From: Candidatus Rifleibacteriota bacterium
GTDB lineage: Bacteria > Muiribacteriota > Ozemobacteria > Ozemobacterales > Ozemobacteraceae
Direction of reading: 5' to 3'
NCBI GenBank assembly: GCA_905236865.1
Contig: CAJOQX010000173.1
Span: forward strand, 1 to 53,337
DNA length: 53,337 bases
The notes under the pieces are model-generated. The model was not told where the DNA came from, did no database searches, and saw nothing but the letters and a program-made list of their open reading frames with translations. Positions 44,394 through 53,318 of this stretch are shown here, piece after piece. The first letter of the stretch is position 1, and every line of letters begins with the position of its first letter. The position numbers and the translations under genes are program-made.

Positions 44394-44532
44394 GTTGTTT
44401 TTACATTTTAAGTTTACATCTTTATAATTGTTTTAAAATCTTCTTTTCTATTGAGTGCATTATTTGCATTTCGAGGCTCTGAAAGGGCCGTGGTAATTAT
44501 TATTATTATTATTCAATTGCCACAATAATAAA

Positions 44533-47500
44533 TTATGGTGTTCCAAATTGAACAACAAATGGTAAAGCTTGACTACCGTTTAAATCATTCCACAGTCCAG
44601 TTCCTTTGTAAAACTCTGCATAATTTTCACCACTAGAATTATTTGGTTCTCCACTATTCCAGTTTGTATACATACCACTAGCAGTAGAAAAACCTCCAGA
44701 GCTTCCATTTCCTGTTCCAGCCAAAGTGCCGTCATTGTATCGCCAAGTTCCTTCACTTGCAGCATCGTTCAAACCAATCCAAAAGTCAGAATTAGCATTG
44801 CCAGCAAGATAACTCATTACCTTGTTTTGCATATCAGCACTTTTAATCATTACTAATTCACCACCCATAGCTATAGCGTAGTTTCTTGCATCAGTCCAAC
44901 TCATTGCCGAGTTTACAACTACCAATCTACAGCCACCATAAGTAACAACTGAACCACCAACGACAGAATTATTTAACCAATTAGCTTTATATGATTTATT
45001 TTCTGTAGATCCTTTAGTTATGCTTACTGAAGTTTGAGCTTTAGTTCCATTACTGCCTGTCCAACCTACAAAAGTAAAACCACTTTTAGTTGGATTAACC
45101 AAAGTAAAAGTATTTGTAGTAACATAGTAATTGTCAACATTTGTTGCAGATCCACCATCATAATTATAAGTTATAGTATATTTAATCAAAGAAGCATTTG
45201 CTGTCATAGTAGTATTAATTGCTGGCATTGTGAAAGTTGAAGCGGTTGTGTAACCACTCCATGCAGGGGTTTGATAGCCTGCCAAACAAGTAGCTGTAAC
45301 TGTCACGCTTTTGCCGAATTTGTAAGTGCCATCGCCAGAAACAGTAGAAATACCTGTTCCCTTGTTTACTGTTAGCGTGTAGCTGTTCCTAGAATAGTAG
45401 TAGTTTATTTCATTTGTTGAATTATAACTTATATTTATGGTCGTTGCTGTAGGAGAAGTAAAACCCGTGTAAGTTTTGACTGATGGAGCCTGGTCACTCT
45501 TGACTCTTCTGCTCAGATTTTCTGTTTCATACAGTGTATAGTTATTATTGTCGATGTTCATCTGGTAGTGGCGGACTGTAAGGGTATTGTTTTCAACTGT
45601 GTTGAATACTTTTTGTGGAAAAACTTCTATGTCGATAGCCTCTATTGCGGAAAGGTCGGCCATGGATATGGTATAAGTCCTGCCTACATCTAGCTCGCCG
45701 ACGAATGAAAGACCGAGGCTTGTACCACTCCATGTTTTTGACATTCCACTTTCTGCCAGATCGGAAACTAGCAGACAAGATGAAATAATAGCTTTATCGG
45801 AGGTGTTGAAGTCATAAGTAGAAGTGACTGTAAATGTTGGGTCCAGCATATAAAGCCCTTCCGACTCGTTGAAATAGCTTCCTGCGTTTGTTGCTAGCGT
45901 GAGGGTGACTCTTTCCATCGTGGTTATTGTTCTTGCAGGGAAAGGAGTCACAAGAATGCCGTCCATTCCTGGATCGGTCATAGAAACGGTATAAGTTGTG
46001 CCCTGTGTCAGATATTCGGTGAAACCTATCGCTACATTGTTTGTGCCATGGTTCTTCGTGACCTTGCCGCTGTCTATGACAGATACAGAAATTGCGTCGA
46101 ATATCTGCTGCCAGTCGCTCGTTCTGGTGAAAGCGTAGGTAGACGTTGCGGTAAACGAGGTATTGAGCCTGTATCTTGTGTGGGACGGCGATGCGTCGAA
46201 CAGGTCATTGCCATTGTGGTCTATGCTGAAAGTTATGACTGGCATTGTCTTTATGCCATGGTTCGCAAACTTGTTGAAGCTTATAGCTTCTATGGCTGTC
46301 AAATCACCAAGCTTTATGACATAGCTCGTATCTGGTTCCAGATAGCCGTCGAACGAAAGCCTTATTATGTTTCCGTCCCACGCCTTTATCACCTTGCTTT
46401 CTGATACTCCATCCACTGACAGGGCGTTAAGGATTACTGCCTTGTCAGTATCGTTGAAAACATAGTCAGGATTTATAGTGAACGATGGATTGAGTCTGTA
46501 TAGCTGGTCAGGTTCATCGAAAACCCTGCCTGTATCTGAAGCAAGAGCGATGTTTATTGTCCTCATGGTGCGGAAAGTGAAATCTGCAAAAGGTTTTGCC
46601 ACAATGCCCCTTATGCCTGTTGTGGTATTGAGAGAAACCGTATAGTCAACATTCGGGTTCAGGTAGTGGTTGACCGCCAGTCTGATACTGTCGCCGACCC
46701 ATGTCATGACCAGATCGTCATGGTCAACACCAGATATATTTACCGCCTTTTCTACTAAGGCCCTGTCTGTCGTATTAAAAGCGACACTTGGTGTCACTAC
46801 GAAAGTGGGGTTGAGTCTGTAGAATTGCTCTGGCTCGTCAAATACACTCCCTGTAGTAGAGGCAAGAGTGACTACGACTTCATCCATTGTGTTGAAAGGA
46901 AAATCTCTGAAAGGTTTTACGACAACACCAGAAATACCAGTATCAGCCGAAAGACTGAGTGAAAAACTTGTTTTCGGAGTAAGATAGTCCTTCTGAGTGA
47001 TTCTTAGACTGTTTCCGACCCAGTCTCTGTTAATGGCATCATGGGCGACACCCTTGATAGATACAGCGTTTGCAAAGAGTTCTTTGTCGCTATCGTTAAA
47101 AGTGACGCTTGGGGTCACGACAAATACAGGGTCGAGTCGGTAGAAACCCTTTCCATCGTCAAAAATACTGCCTTCTTCTATTTCATAAGTTGCGGTTACT
47201 CTGTCCATCGTATTGAAAGACATTCTCCCGAAACCGACAACAACCATTCCGCTTACATCTATAGAATTTGCCATATTTATGCTGTAGCCATGACCAGGCT
47301 CCAAATAGTTTATGAAACCTATAATTAGCTTTTCATATTCATCGTCTTTCCGCCATTCCATAGTGGTTTCGCTTTTAGTAACACCAGATACAGATATGGA
47401 GGTTACAATATTGTCCTTGTCCTTCTCCGTCAGAGGAAGATTAGGACTAATCGTGAAAGTCGGGTTGAGCCTGTAAAGACCGTTGCCATCGTCAAATACA

Positions 47501-50223
47501 CTGCCATCATTTTCTTTTATATTGATAACAAGAGCACCAATAGTGGAAAAAGATACTTTTTCAAAGGGTTTGACTTTTACACCGTCTATTTTAATGCTAC
47601 TGTCCATTGTTAAATCATAATCTCTATTTATGTCTAGTTTGCCAAGGAAACTGATTTTGAGGGTATTATCGTTCCATTCTTTCTTTATTCGTTCGTCCTC
47701 TATGCCTGAAAGGTGTATTGAGTTGGCTATAATATTTCTGTCCTCTTTGCCGAAAGTAAAACTTGGTTTTACATAGAAAGCAGGATTGAGTCTGTATATA
47801 TTTTCTGCTTCGTTGAAAATACAGGATGGATCTGTTGTGACATTGAAAGTCACAGCTCCCTTAGTGGTGAACTCAAAACTGTCGAAAGCTTTTATCAACG
47901 CTTCGTCTACTCCTGTGTCAGATGACATTTTAACATTATAAGTTTCGCCGTCTTTCAAGGTTTCTTTGAAACTCAGTGTGAAACTGTCGCTTGCAGTCCA
48001 GTTTACCACAAGCTGACTACTGTCAACTCCTGTCACTGAAACAGATTTGGCAATTTTCTCCCTGTCAGACTCCTTGAAAGAATAACTGGTCTTTACTGTG
48101 AAAGTAGGGTTAAGCTTGTAAAGACCTCTCTCTTTGTCTATGACATTGCCATGATTGGAATCGAGGGTTACGTCTATCTCGTCCATGGTTGTAAAGGAGA
48201 AATCTTTAAAAACAGAGATATCCACACCTTCTATTCCTGTGTCACTAGCCATGGTGACAGTATATTTTGTTGTCGCATCAAGTTTGTTTTTGAAGCTTAT
48301 ATTCAAAACATCGTTTTCCCAGGTTTTTGTCAGCGACGAGCTTGCTATATTTGAAACGGAAACGGCATCTGCAATCTTTTTCTTGTCGTTGTCGCTGAAA
48401 GAGAAACTGGGGGTTACAGAGAACGTGGGATTTATTCTAAAAAGTTTGTCTGATTCGTCAAAAATATTGCTTTCTGGAGAGTTCAGCTCCACCTTTATAC
48501 CGTCCATGGTAGTGAAATCCAGATCCTCGAAACATTTGATGCTGTAGCCTTCCACATCTGACGGCTCTTTCATGGACAGAACGTAGTTCGTGGAACTGTC
48601 CAGACCACCTATAATACCAACGGAAAGTCGAGAGTTATCCCATTTTTTTTCAAGCCTATTGTTGGAAACCGTGGAAATGGAAATGGAGTCGGCTATTTTC
48701 TTTTTATCCTCGTCATCCAGCATATAGCCTAAGTCAATTGTGAATGCGGGATCTATTCGGTAAAGACCATTTTGACTGTCGAAGATATTCTTATCGGCAT
48801 CAGACAAAGTAATAGTCACATCGCCCATTGTAGTAAATTTATGGTCATCAAAACCGATGACGGTGATGTTTTCAATCCCTGTGTCTGATGCCATCGTGAC
48901 AATATAAGTGGTGTCGGTCGCAAGATAGCTGTCGAAGCTTAGTGTAAGCTCATCTTCACTCCATATTTTGGCGAGCTTCTGCCCTGAAAGGTTGCTGACA
49001 GAGATTGAATTTGCTATCTTGTCGCGGTCTGCTTTGTCGAATTTGTGGCTGGAAGTCACGAAGAATCGTGGGTTGAGCTTTAAGATATTCCCATTCTCAT
49101 CGGCAAAGCTGGATTTTTCAGGAGCTATACTGAAAAGCACATCGCTATAGGAGTCGAATGTCACATACTGTGAATAGACAAGAGGCTGCGAAAGACCGCT
49201 TTCTTTTCGGCTGAAAAACTCTATCAGGAATCTCTTCGGGAAATCCTCTTCCGCCATTCCTTTGATATTTAACGTGAAAGAGTATTCTGCCTCTGAATAT
49301 GTCTTGGCGAAGCTTATAAGATTCGTGATGTCAAACGAGTGGGAGTATCTGCCATCCTCTATGCAGCTGTCATTGAAGTTGGACTGTCTAACCAGCTTCC
49401 CGTTCACTTTCACCCTGTCAGGTATTTCGCTGTTGTTACGGTATGTGAGTCTGACAACCAGATCTGAATCGTCGAATGATTCCATGTTGACCCCTTTCAG
49501 AACGCTTTTTACAAAAAGGTCGTCGCAATACTGGCTTTTAGAATTCATCAGCACAGCCGAGGTTGAGGTCGCCACAATTCCATCTATCACCGTTTCGGGT
49601 TTCAAGGCGTCAGGCTTCATTATCGCCAGGGCTAACTGCACCCCTGCACGATAAAGCTCGAACTTGCATTCTTTTGGGGCTGGCTGTTCAGCCGCTCTGG
49701 ATGGAACCGTATTCGCTATCTTTGTTATCTGGTCAGTGACTCTTGAAAAACGCCACGGCTCACTTTCGGAAGTTTTCACCGCCACATAGCAGAGCCCAGT
49801 GTCGCTGACAGGATTTGGAATGGTAACTGTGAAAGGTTTTTCCAGGGTTGTCACCTGGACATCTTCGATGAGAGGGTTATCTGACTTGTAGACGGCTTTC
49901 ACTGTGTATACATAGATATAGTCGGAGGGAAGCCCTATTTTTTCATCGCCTGTATTTATACGCTTCTCTTCTAAGACGGTGACAACGACGCCAGAACGCA
50001 TGGTCGCGTCATTGTTGGTCTCTATTTTAGCCCCTGACGGAAAAGTTATCGTGGGCATTCTGCCGTCCTCGTTTACCACGGCTTCCCTGTAAAATACTTC
50101 TAGATTGGCAGAAGGAATGTTGCCAAGGTCATTCATGCCGTCACTGCCTTTGCGGTTGCAACAGCCGTATATGAAAATCATAATAAGAATTATGATTGTT
50201 ATTGTAGAAAGATATTTTTTCAT
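44533..50223 (-). CDS. giant (1,896 aa) surface/lipoprotein-like adhesin: signal peptide, ~340-aa N-terminal region, 11 Ig-like repeats, InlB-type B-repeats, C-terminal C-type lectin domain
   Basis: Single uninterrupted ORF. N-terminus MKKYLSTITIIILIMIFIYGCC is a signal sequence with a possible lipobox Cys. See the repeat and lectin sub-features. A candidate promoter lies upstream and a terminator downstream. Confidence 0.9.
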   Translation of the reverse strand: MKKYLSTITIIILIMIFIYGCCNRKGSDGMNDLGNIPSANLEVFYREAVVNEDGRMPTITFPSGAKIETNNDATMRSGVVVTVLEEKRINTGDEKIGLPSDYIYVYTVKAVYKSDNPLIEDVQVTTLEKPFTVTIPNPVSDTGLCYVAVKTSESEPWRFSRVTDQITKIANTVPSRAAEQPAPKECKFELYRAGVQLALAIMKPDALKPETVIDGIVATSTSAVLMNSKSQYCDDLFVKSVLKGVNMESFDDSDLVVRLTYRNNSEIPDRVKVNGKLVRQSNFNDSCIEDGRYSHSFDITNLISFAKTYSEAEYSFTLNIKGMAEEDFPKRFLIEFFSRKESGLSQPLVYSQYVTFDSYSDVLFSIAPEKSSFADENGNILKLNPRFFVTSSHKFDKADRDKIANSISVSNLSGQKLAKIWSEDELTLSFDSYLATDTTYIVTMASDTGIENITVIGFDDHKFTTMGDVTITLSDADKNIFDSQNGLYRIDPAFTIDLGYMLDDEDKKKIADSISISTVSNNRLEKKWDNSRLSVGIIGGLDSSTNYVLSMKEPSDVEGYSIKCFEDLDFTTMDGIKVELNSPESNIFDESDKLFRINPTFSVTPSFSFSDNDKKKIADAVSVSNIASSSLTKTWENDVLNISFKNKLDATTKYTVTMASDTGIEGVDISVFKDFSFTTMDEIDVTLDSNHGNVIDKERGLYKLNPTFTVKTSYSFKESDREKIAKSVSVTGVDSSQLVVNWTASDSFTLSFKETLKDGETYNVKMSSDTGVDEALIKAFDSFEFTTKGAVTFNVTTDPSCIFNEAENIYRLNPAFYVKPSFTFGKEDRNIIANSIHLSGIEDERIKKEWNDNTLKISFLGKLDINRDYDLTMDSSIKIDGVKVKPFEKVSFSTIGALVINIKENDGSVFDDGNGLYRLNPTFTISPNLPLTEKDKDNIVTSISVSGVTKSETTMEWRKDDEYEKLIIGFINYLEPGHGYSINMANSIDVSGMVVVGFGRMSFNTMDRVTATYEIEEGSIFDDGKGFYRLDPVFVVTPSVTFNDSDKELFANAVSIKGVAHDAINRDWVGNSLRITQKDYLTPKTSFSLSLSADTGISGVVVKPFRDFPFNTMDEVVVTLASTTGSVFDEPEQFYRLNPTFVVTPSVAFNTTDRALVEKAVNISGVDHDDLVMTWVGDSIRLAVNHYLNPNVDYTVSLNTTTGIRGIVAKPFADFTFRTMRTINIALASDTGRVFDEPDQLYRLNPSFTINPDYVFNDTDKAVILNALSVDGVSESKVIKAWDGNIIRLSFDGYLEPDTSYVIKLGDLTAIEAISFNKFANHGIKTMPVITFSIDHNGNDLFDASPSHTRYRLNTSFTATSTYAFTRTSDWQQIFDAISVSVIDSGKVTKNHGTNNVAIGFTEYLTQGTTYTVSMTDPGMDGILVTPFPARTITTMERVTLTLATNAGSYFNESEGLYMLDPTFTVTSTYDFNTSDKAIISSCLLVSDLAESGMSKTWSGTSLGLSFVGELDVGRTYTISMADLSAIEAIDIEVFPQKVFNTVENNTLTVRHYQMNIDNNNYTLYETENLSRRVKSDQAPSVKTYTGFTSPTATTINISYNSTNEINYYYSRNSYTLTVNKGTGISTVSGDGTYKFGKSVTVTATCLAGYQTPAWSGYTTASTFTMPAINTTMTANASLIKYTITYNYDGGSATNVDNYYVTTNTFTLVNPTKSGFTFVGWTGSNGTKAQTSVSITKGSTENKSYKANWLNNSVVGGSVVTYGGCRLVVVNSAMSWTDARNYAIAMGGELVMIKSADMQNKVMSYLAGNANSDFWIGLNDAASEGTWRYNDGTLAGTGNGSSGGFSTASGMYTNWNSGEPNNSSGENYAEFYKGTGLWNDLNGSQALPFVVQFGTP
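44536..44940 (-). other. C-terminal C-type lectin-like domain of the giant protein with EPN and WND motifs
   Basis: CRLVVVNSAMSWTDARNYAIAMGGELVMIKSADMQNKVMSYL...FWIGLNDAASEGTWRYNDG...NWNSGEPNNSSGENYAEF...GLWNDL. EPN is encoded at 44649..44641 (GAA CCA AAT) and WND at 44592..44584 (TGG AAT GAT), both verified on the DNA. Confidence 0.75.
44977..45594 (-). other. InlB B-repeat / Listeria-Bacteroides (Flg_new)-type repeats within the giant protein (aa ~1544-1749)
   Basis: TLTVRHYQMNIDNNNYTLYETENL...VKTYTGFTSP...INYYYSRNSYTLTV, then YTLTVNKGTGISTVSG..., then YTITYNYDGGSATNVDNYYVTTNTFTLVNPTKSGFTFVGWTG...KSYKANW. The Y-T-(I/L/V)-T-(F/Y/V) ... G(Y/F)TFxGW pattern is characteristic. Confidence 0.7.
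45595..49143 (-). repeat. 11 tandem, divergent ~107-aa repeats (aa 361-1543), each ending in F-(T/N/S)-T-(M/K/I/V); pattern resembles SbsA/Big_5-type bacterial Ig-like domains
   Basis: Recurring pattern in the translation: (F/I)(D/N)xxxxx(Y/F)(R/K)LNP(T/A)F(T/V)(V/I)xPSxxFxxxD(K/R)xxIAxx(I/V)SVSG...W....L.(L/I)SF...L...T.Y.V.M..DTGI.G(V)....F.DF.FTTM. Repeat 1 ends at the ATG codon 48826..48828, checked on the DNA. The fold assignment is by pattern only. Confidence 0.75.
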
Positions 50224-50256
50224 AATATTTGTTCTAATTTATAATTATCTAAAATA

Positions 50257-50284
50257 ATTGTACACAAAATTCTTTTATTTGCAA
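50257..50284 (-). promoter_or_regulatory. candidate sigma70-type promoter for the giant gene (TTGCAA-16 nt-TACAAT on the minus strand)
   Basis: -35 TTGCAA at 50284..50279, 16-nt spacer, -10 TACAAT at 50262..50257, about 34 nt upstream of the ATG at 50223. It overlaps copy 4 of TTGTGTACA. Confidence 0.4.
50259..50267 (-). promoter_or_regulatory. copy 4 of recurrent 9-mer TTGTGTACA (minus strand), overlapping the -10 of the giant-gene promoter
   Basis: Plus strand reads tgtacacaa at 50259..50267, the reverse complement of TTGTGTACA. Confidence 0.4.
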
Positions 50285-50330
50285 ATATTTCAAAATAAAT
50301 GAGTATTAGAACAAAAGCATTGGGCTATTT

Positions 50331-53258
50331 TTATTGTTTCTTTTTTATTTGATAAATGAACGATATTGCGAGCATTATAACGGCAACACCTATTAACACA
50401 ATAATTCGCAATAGCGAGGTTAATTGCCAAATATCAAAGAGAAAAAGTTTTATTACAGAGAGACTGATTAATCCAATTCCAACTTTCAAAAGTTTGTCTA
50501 GCTTTTTGTTTGCCAAAAACATACACACAGCACCGCATATAGCCCAGGCAATAGTATAAGTAGCAGCTTCACTGACTTTTCCACAAAAATTGAAATTAAG
50601 ACTTTCGCCATTTGAAAAATAATTGGCTATTTCAATATTTACTAGGGCAAAAAGTAATATTCCACCTAGTGAATTTAATATTGTGGGGTATTTTTTTTGT
50701 GAATCTTTTCGCCAAAAATAAGCTGAAGCAAACATTGCTGCTGAACAGGGCAAATATGTATATAAATACCAGTTGAAAAATAAATTATTTTCTTTATGAT
50801 AGGTAATTATAAATGGATTGAGCAATAATCGAATTCCGACAATCCACATTAATATCGTTCCAAAATTTTGAAGTAAATTAATCGGTAATTTGTGCCATAA
50901 TAATATTAAACTAAAACCTTCTAGGGCATAAGCGATGGTTTTCCATTCGTTCGTAAAATTAAGAGCTATGCTCATTGTTAAAAAAGCAATTGGAACAGTT
51001 ATTAAAGTAGTAATTCGTAGTTTTTGTATGCCTTCGTCTAATTTGCTCCATTTAATAATTAAATAATCGTAAATTGCAAAGAAAGCAAAGAGTAAAAATG
51101 GTATATAACCTGATGTTTGTCTATATTTTATATCATCGTAAAAGATAGCAATAATTAATGACCCTACAAGCAAATTAAATACAGATACCGAAACCCAAGT
51201 TTCCTTGCTTTTTTCAAAAGTTTTTTGCCATACGAAAGGTATGCAAGCTATTAGGATATTCCATATTACAAGCCATATAAATATTTCTTCGCCTCTTTTA
51301 TCGTCAATTGCTTGGTTAGTCATAATGCATAAGGGAATTATGAGTGATAGAGTGTTTACTGAATAAATTACTCCGTTTTTTTGTTTAATGGAAAAAAAGA
51401 TATACAAGATTTGATAGATTAAAGCAAAAGCAAGTATTGAGTGAAGTTTTTCTATCCCTATTAAAGATGTTAAGGTAACGCAGATTGCTGTAAATATTAT
51501 CGAAGTTAGTTGTGGATAAAGCTTTTCTCTGATTCCACTTAGCGTTCCAAAAAATAATGTAAAAAGCGTATTTAAACCTATTAAATACCATTGATTTTTA
51601 AAAGGAACTATAAAACCGAAACATAAAAATGCTAATATTATTGTGTTAGATAATAATAAATCGCTTTTTTTTATGAAAGCTATTATTCCAAAGAATAATG
51701 TGAAGAAAGTTGCAAAACCTGCAAGATAAGGCAGATGAGTTGTATCAAGTATAGCATTAGGTTGACAGAAATAAAGGGCTATAAAACCTATTCCTGTGAG
51801 AAACATTGAGGCTATTTGCCAGTAAATGTTTTGGTTTTTAATAGATATAACTCCAAAGAATAGTGAAATAAATATAATATATATAAAAATGGCTATTAAA
51901 GATTGAGTTGTAGCAATTAGAACGAAGCCTAATAATGTAAAAAAGATACTGCAAATAAAGGTTTCATTGTCATTTTTCCAAAAAGCTAATAAAGCGAATA
52001 ATATAGCAAAAAAACCAGCATAAGTGATTAGATAGGGTAATTTTTCCAAACTACTTTCTAAACTAAATATGAAATTGTGAAATCCTAGAATTATCAAAGC
52101 AATTGTTGTAAAGGCAAAAACTGCTTTCATTAACCATTTCTGGTCTTTGTAAATGTAAACAACCGTATAAAATATCGATAAAAATGCAGGGAATATTGCT
52201 AATTGGAGTAAATTGCTATTTTTTATTACAGATAAGAAGCAGAGGAATGTAAAAGCAAGCCCTGTAAATAGCTGGTTCTGCCAGTTACGTTTTATAGCGG
52301 CGGCTACTGCGGCAACGTTAATAATACCTATATATGCTAATAAAAACCAAATCTGTGGTGTCTCTGTATGGAATAAAAAAGGAGTTAGAAAACCAATAAT
52401 TTGAGCTAGAACGCCTATGTATTGTGCATTTTTCCATACTGCTGTTGCGAAAGAAGCTAATGCTATAATGCTTAGAAGTATGAAAGTTACTGTTGGGGAA
52501 GTCATTTGATAAAAATAATAGGCTGCGAACCAGACCGAATAGCATGTACATAAGCCACAGGCACATAAAGTGTCCGAAGTAGTTTTTACATTTGGTTTAC
52601 GTAAAAGAGCACCTGTAGTCCACAATGCTATACCTGCTATAGTGCCTATTGCCACTCTTAAAGTTGCAGAAATTAGTTCTTTTTCTAATGCATATTTTAT
52701 TAGGAAAATTACTCCTAATAATAAGATGAAACCACCTATCCAAGAGAAAAGTTGAACGAAAGAAATAGGTTCTTTAGGCTTTTGTTGTGCTAAATGTTCT
52801 TTGTCGGATTGTTGTAAATCTTTTATTTGTTGCTGTTCTATACTTCCTTTTATATCTTCTTGATTGGTAGGAACTTCATTATTAATAGCTTCGCTTTGAG
52901 GGGATTGAATATCGTTAAATGATGACTGAACTGTTGTATTATTTGTCTCAATTTTTTGTTGAACTTCAATTTGCTTTTTAAGCTTCTGTTGAATTTCTTC
53001 CCCTGTTTTTGATTCAATATATTGAGAAATATCATTTGTTGAAGTATGTTTTTCTATATTTATTTCTGGAACAGATTCTGTAGTTGATTTTTCAGGTCTG
53101 TGTTTTAGTTTATATTCTATTGATTCGATAAGAGTTTTGTAATAATCAATCTCTTTTTTTAGTTCTTTTTTTGTTTCTTCTAAATCAAAAATAATTTTGT
53201 TTTGTCTATCTTGTAAGAAAACCAGCCACAGGAATACAATAAAAATAATTAGTAACAT
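50331..53258 (-). CDS. DUF2339-like large polytopic membrane protein with N-terminal TM segment plus coiled-coil/Gln-rich region
   Basis: 975 aa. N-terminus is LLIIFIVFLWLVFL followed by a heptad-like segment EETKKELKKEIDYYKTLIESIEYKL. The remainder is more than 20 hydrophobic segments rich in F/I/L/A, the architecture typical of DUF2339. Confidence 0.7.
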   Translation of the reverse strand: MLLIIFIVFLWLVFLQDRQNKIIFDLEETKKELKKEIDYYKTLIESIEYKLKHRPEKSTTESVPEINIEKHTSTNDISQYIESKTGEEIQQKLKKQIEVQQKIETNNTTVQSSFNDIQSPQSEAINNEVPTNQEDIKGSIEQQQIKDLQQSDKEHLAQQKPKEPISFVQLFSWIGGFILLLGVIFLIKYALEKELISATLRVAIGTIAGIALWTTGALLRKPNVKTTSDTLCACGLCTCYSVWFAAYYFYQMTSPTVTFILLSIIALASFATAVWKNAQYIGVLAQIIGFLTPFLFHTETPQIWFLLAYIGIINVAAVAAAIKRNWQNQLFTGLAFTFLCFLSVIKNSNLLQLAIFPAFLSIFYTVVYIYKDQKWLMKAVFAFTTIALIILGFHNFIFSLESSLEKLPYLITYAGFFAILFALLAFWKNDNETFICSIFFTLLGFVLIATTQSLIAIFIYIIFISLFFGVISIKNQNIYWQIASMFLTGIGFIALYFCQPNAILDTTHLPYLAGFATFFTLFFGIIAFIKKSDLLLSNTIILAFLCFGFIVPFKNQWYLIGLNTLFTLFFGTLSGIREKLYPQLTSIIFTAICVTLTSLIGIEKLHSILAFALIYQILYIFFSIKQKNGVIYSVNTLSLIIPLCIMTNQAIDDKRGEEIFIWLVIWNILIACIPFVWQKTFEKSKETWVSVSVFNLLVGSLIIAIFYDDIKYRQTSGYIPFLLFAFFAIYDYLIIKWSKLDEGIQKLRITTLITVPIAFLTMSIALNFTNEWKTIAYALEGFSLILLWHKLPINLLQNFGTILMWIVGIRLLLNPFIITYHKENNLFFNWYLYTYLPCSAAMFASAYFWRKDSQKKYPTILNSLGGILLFALVNIEIANYFSNGESLNFNFCGKVSEAATYTIAWAICGAVCMFLANKKLDKLLKVGIGLISLSVIKLFLFDIWQLTSLLRIIVLIGVAVIMLAISFIYQIKKKQ

Positions 53259-53288
53259 ACGTCTTACCTATTATTAATTAATATAAAA

Positions 53289-53318
53289 ATCATAAGCTAT
53301 AAACTTTGTGTTTGTCAA
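53289..53318 (-). promoter_or_regulatory. candidate sigma70-type promoter for the DUF2339 gene (TTGACA-18 nt-TATGAT on the minus strand)
   Basis: -35 TTGACA at 53318..53313, 18-nt spacer, -10 TATGAT at 53294..53289, about 30 nt upstream of the ATG at 53258. Confidence 0.35.

Noticed and set aside
44496-44513. (ATT)6 microsatellite just downstream of the giant gene stop.
   Set aside because: It is a short simple repeat in AT-rich non-coding DNA, with no coding or obvious regulatory consequence.
44536-44940. Considered whether the C-terminal C-type lectin domain is the variable region of a diversity-generating retroelement target.
   Set aside because: No reverse transcriptase gene and no template-repeat copy of the 3' end is present within the window. 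The downstream 190 nt holds only a terminator and spacer. The domain is also of the canonical EPN/WND CTLD type rather than the FGE-like CLec type usual for DGR targets. A genome-wide search for a near-identical ~100-150-nt repeat would settle it.
46048-46404. Long antisense ORFs inside the giant gene (46048..46404, 47041..47328, 48155..48547, 49262..49654, 45034..45240).
   Set aside because: They have no SD or start context and all lie opposite an uninterrupted 1,896-codon frame. They are best explained by the atypical, less AT-rich codon usage of this segment.
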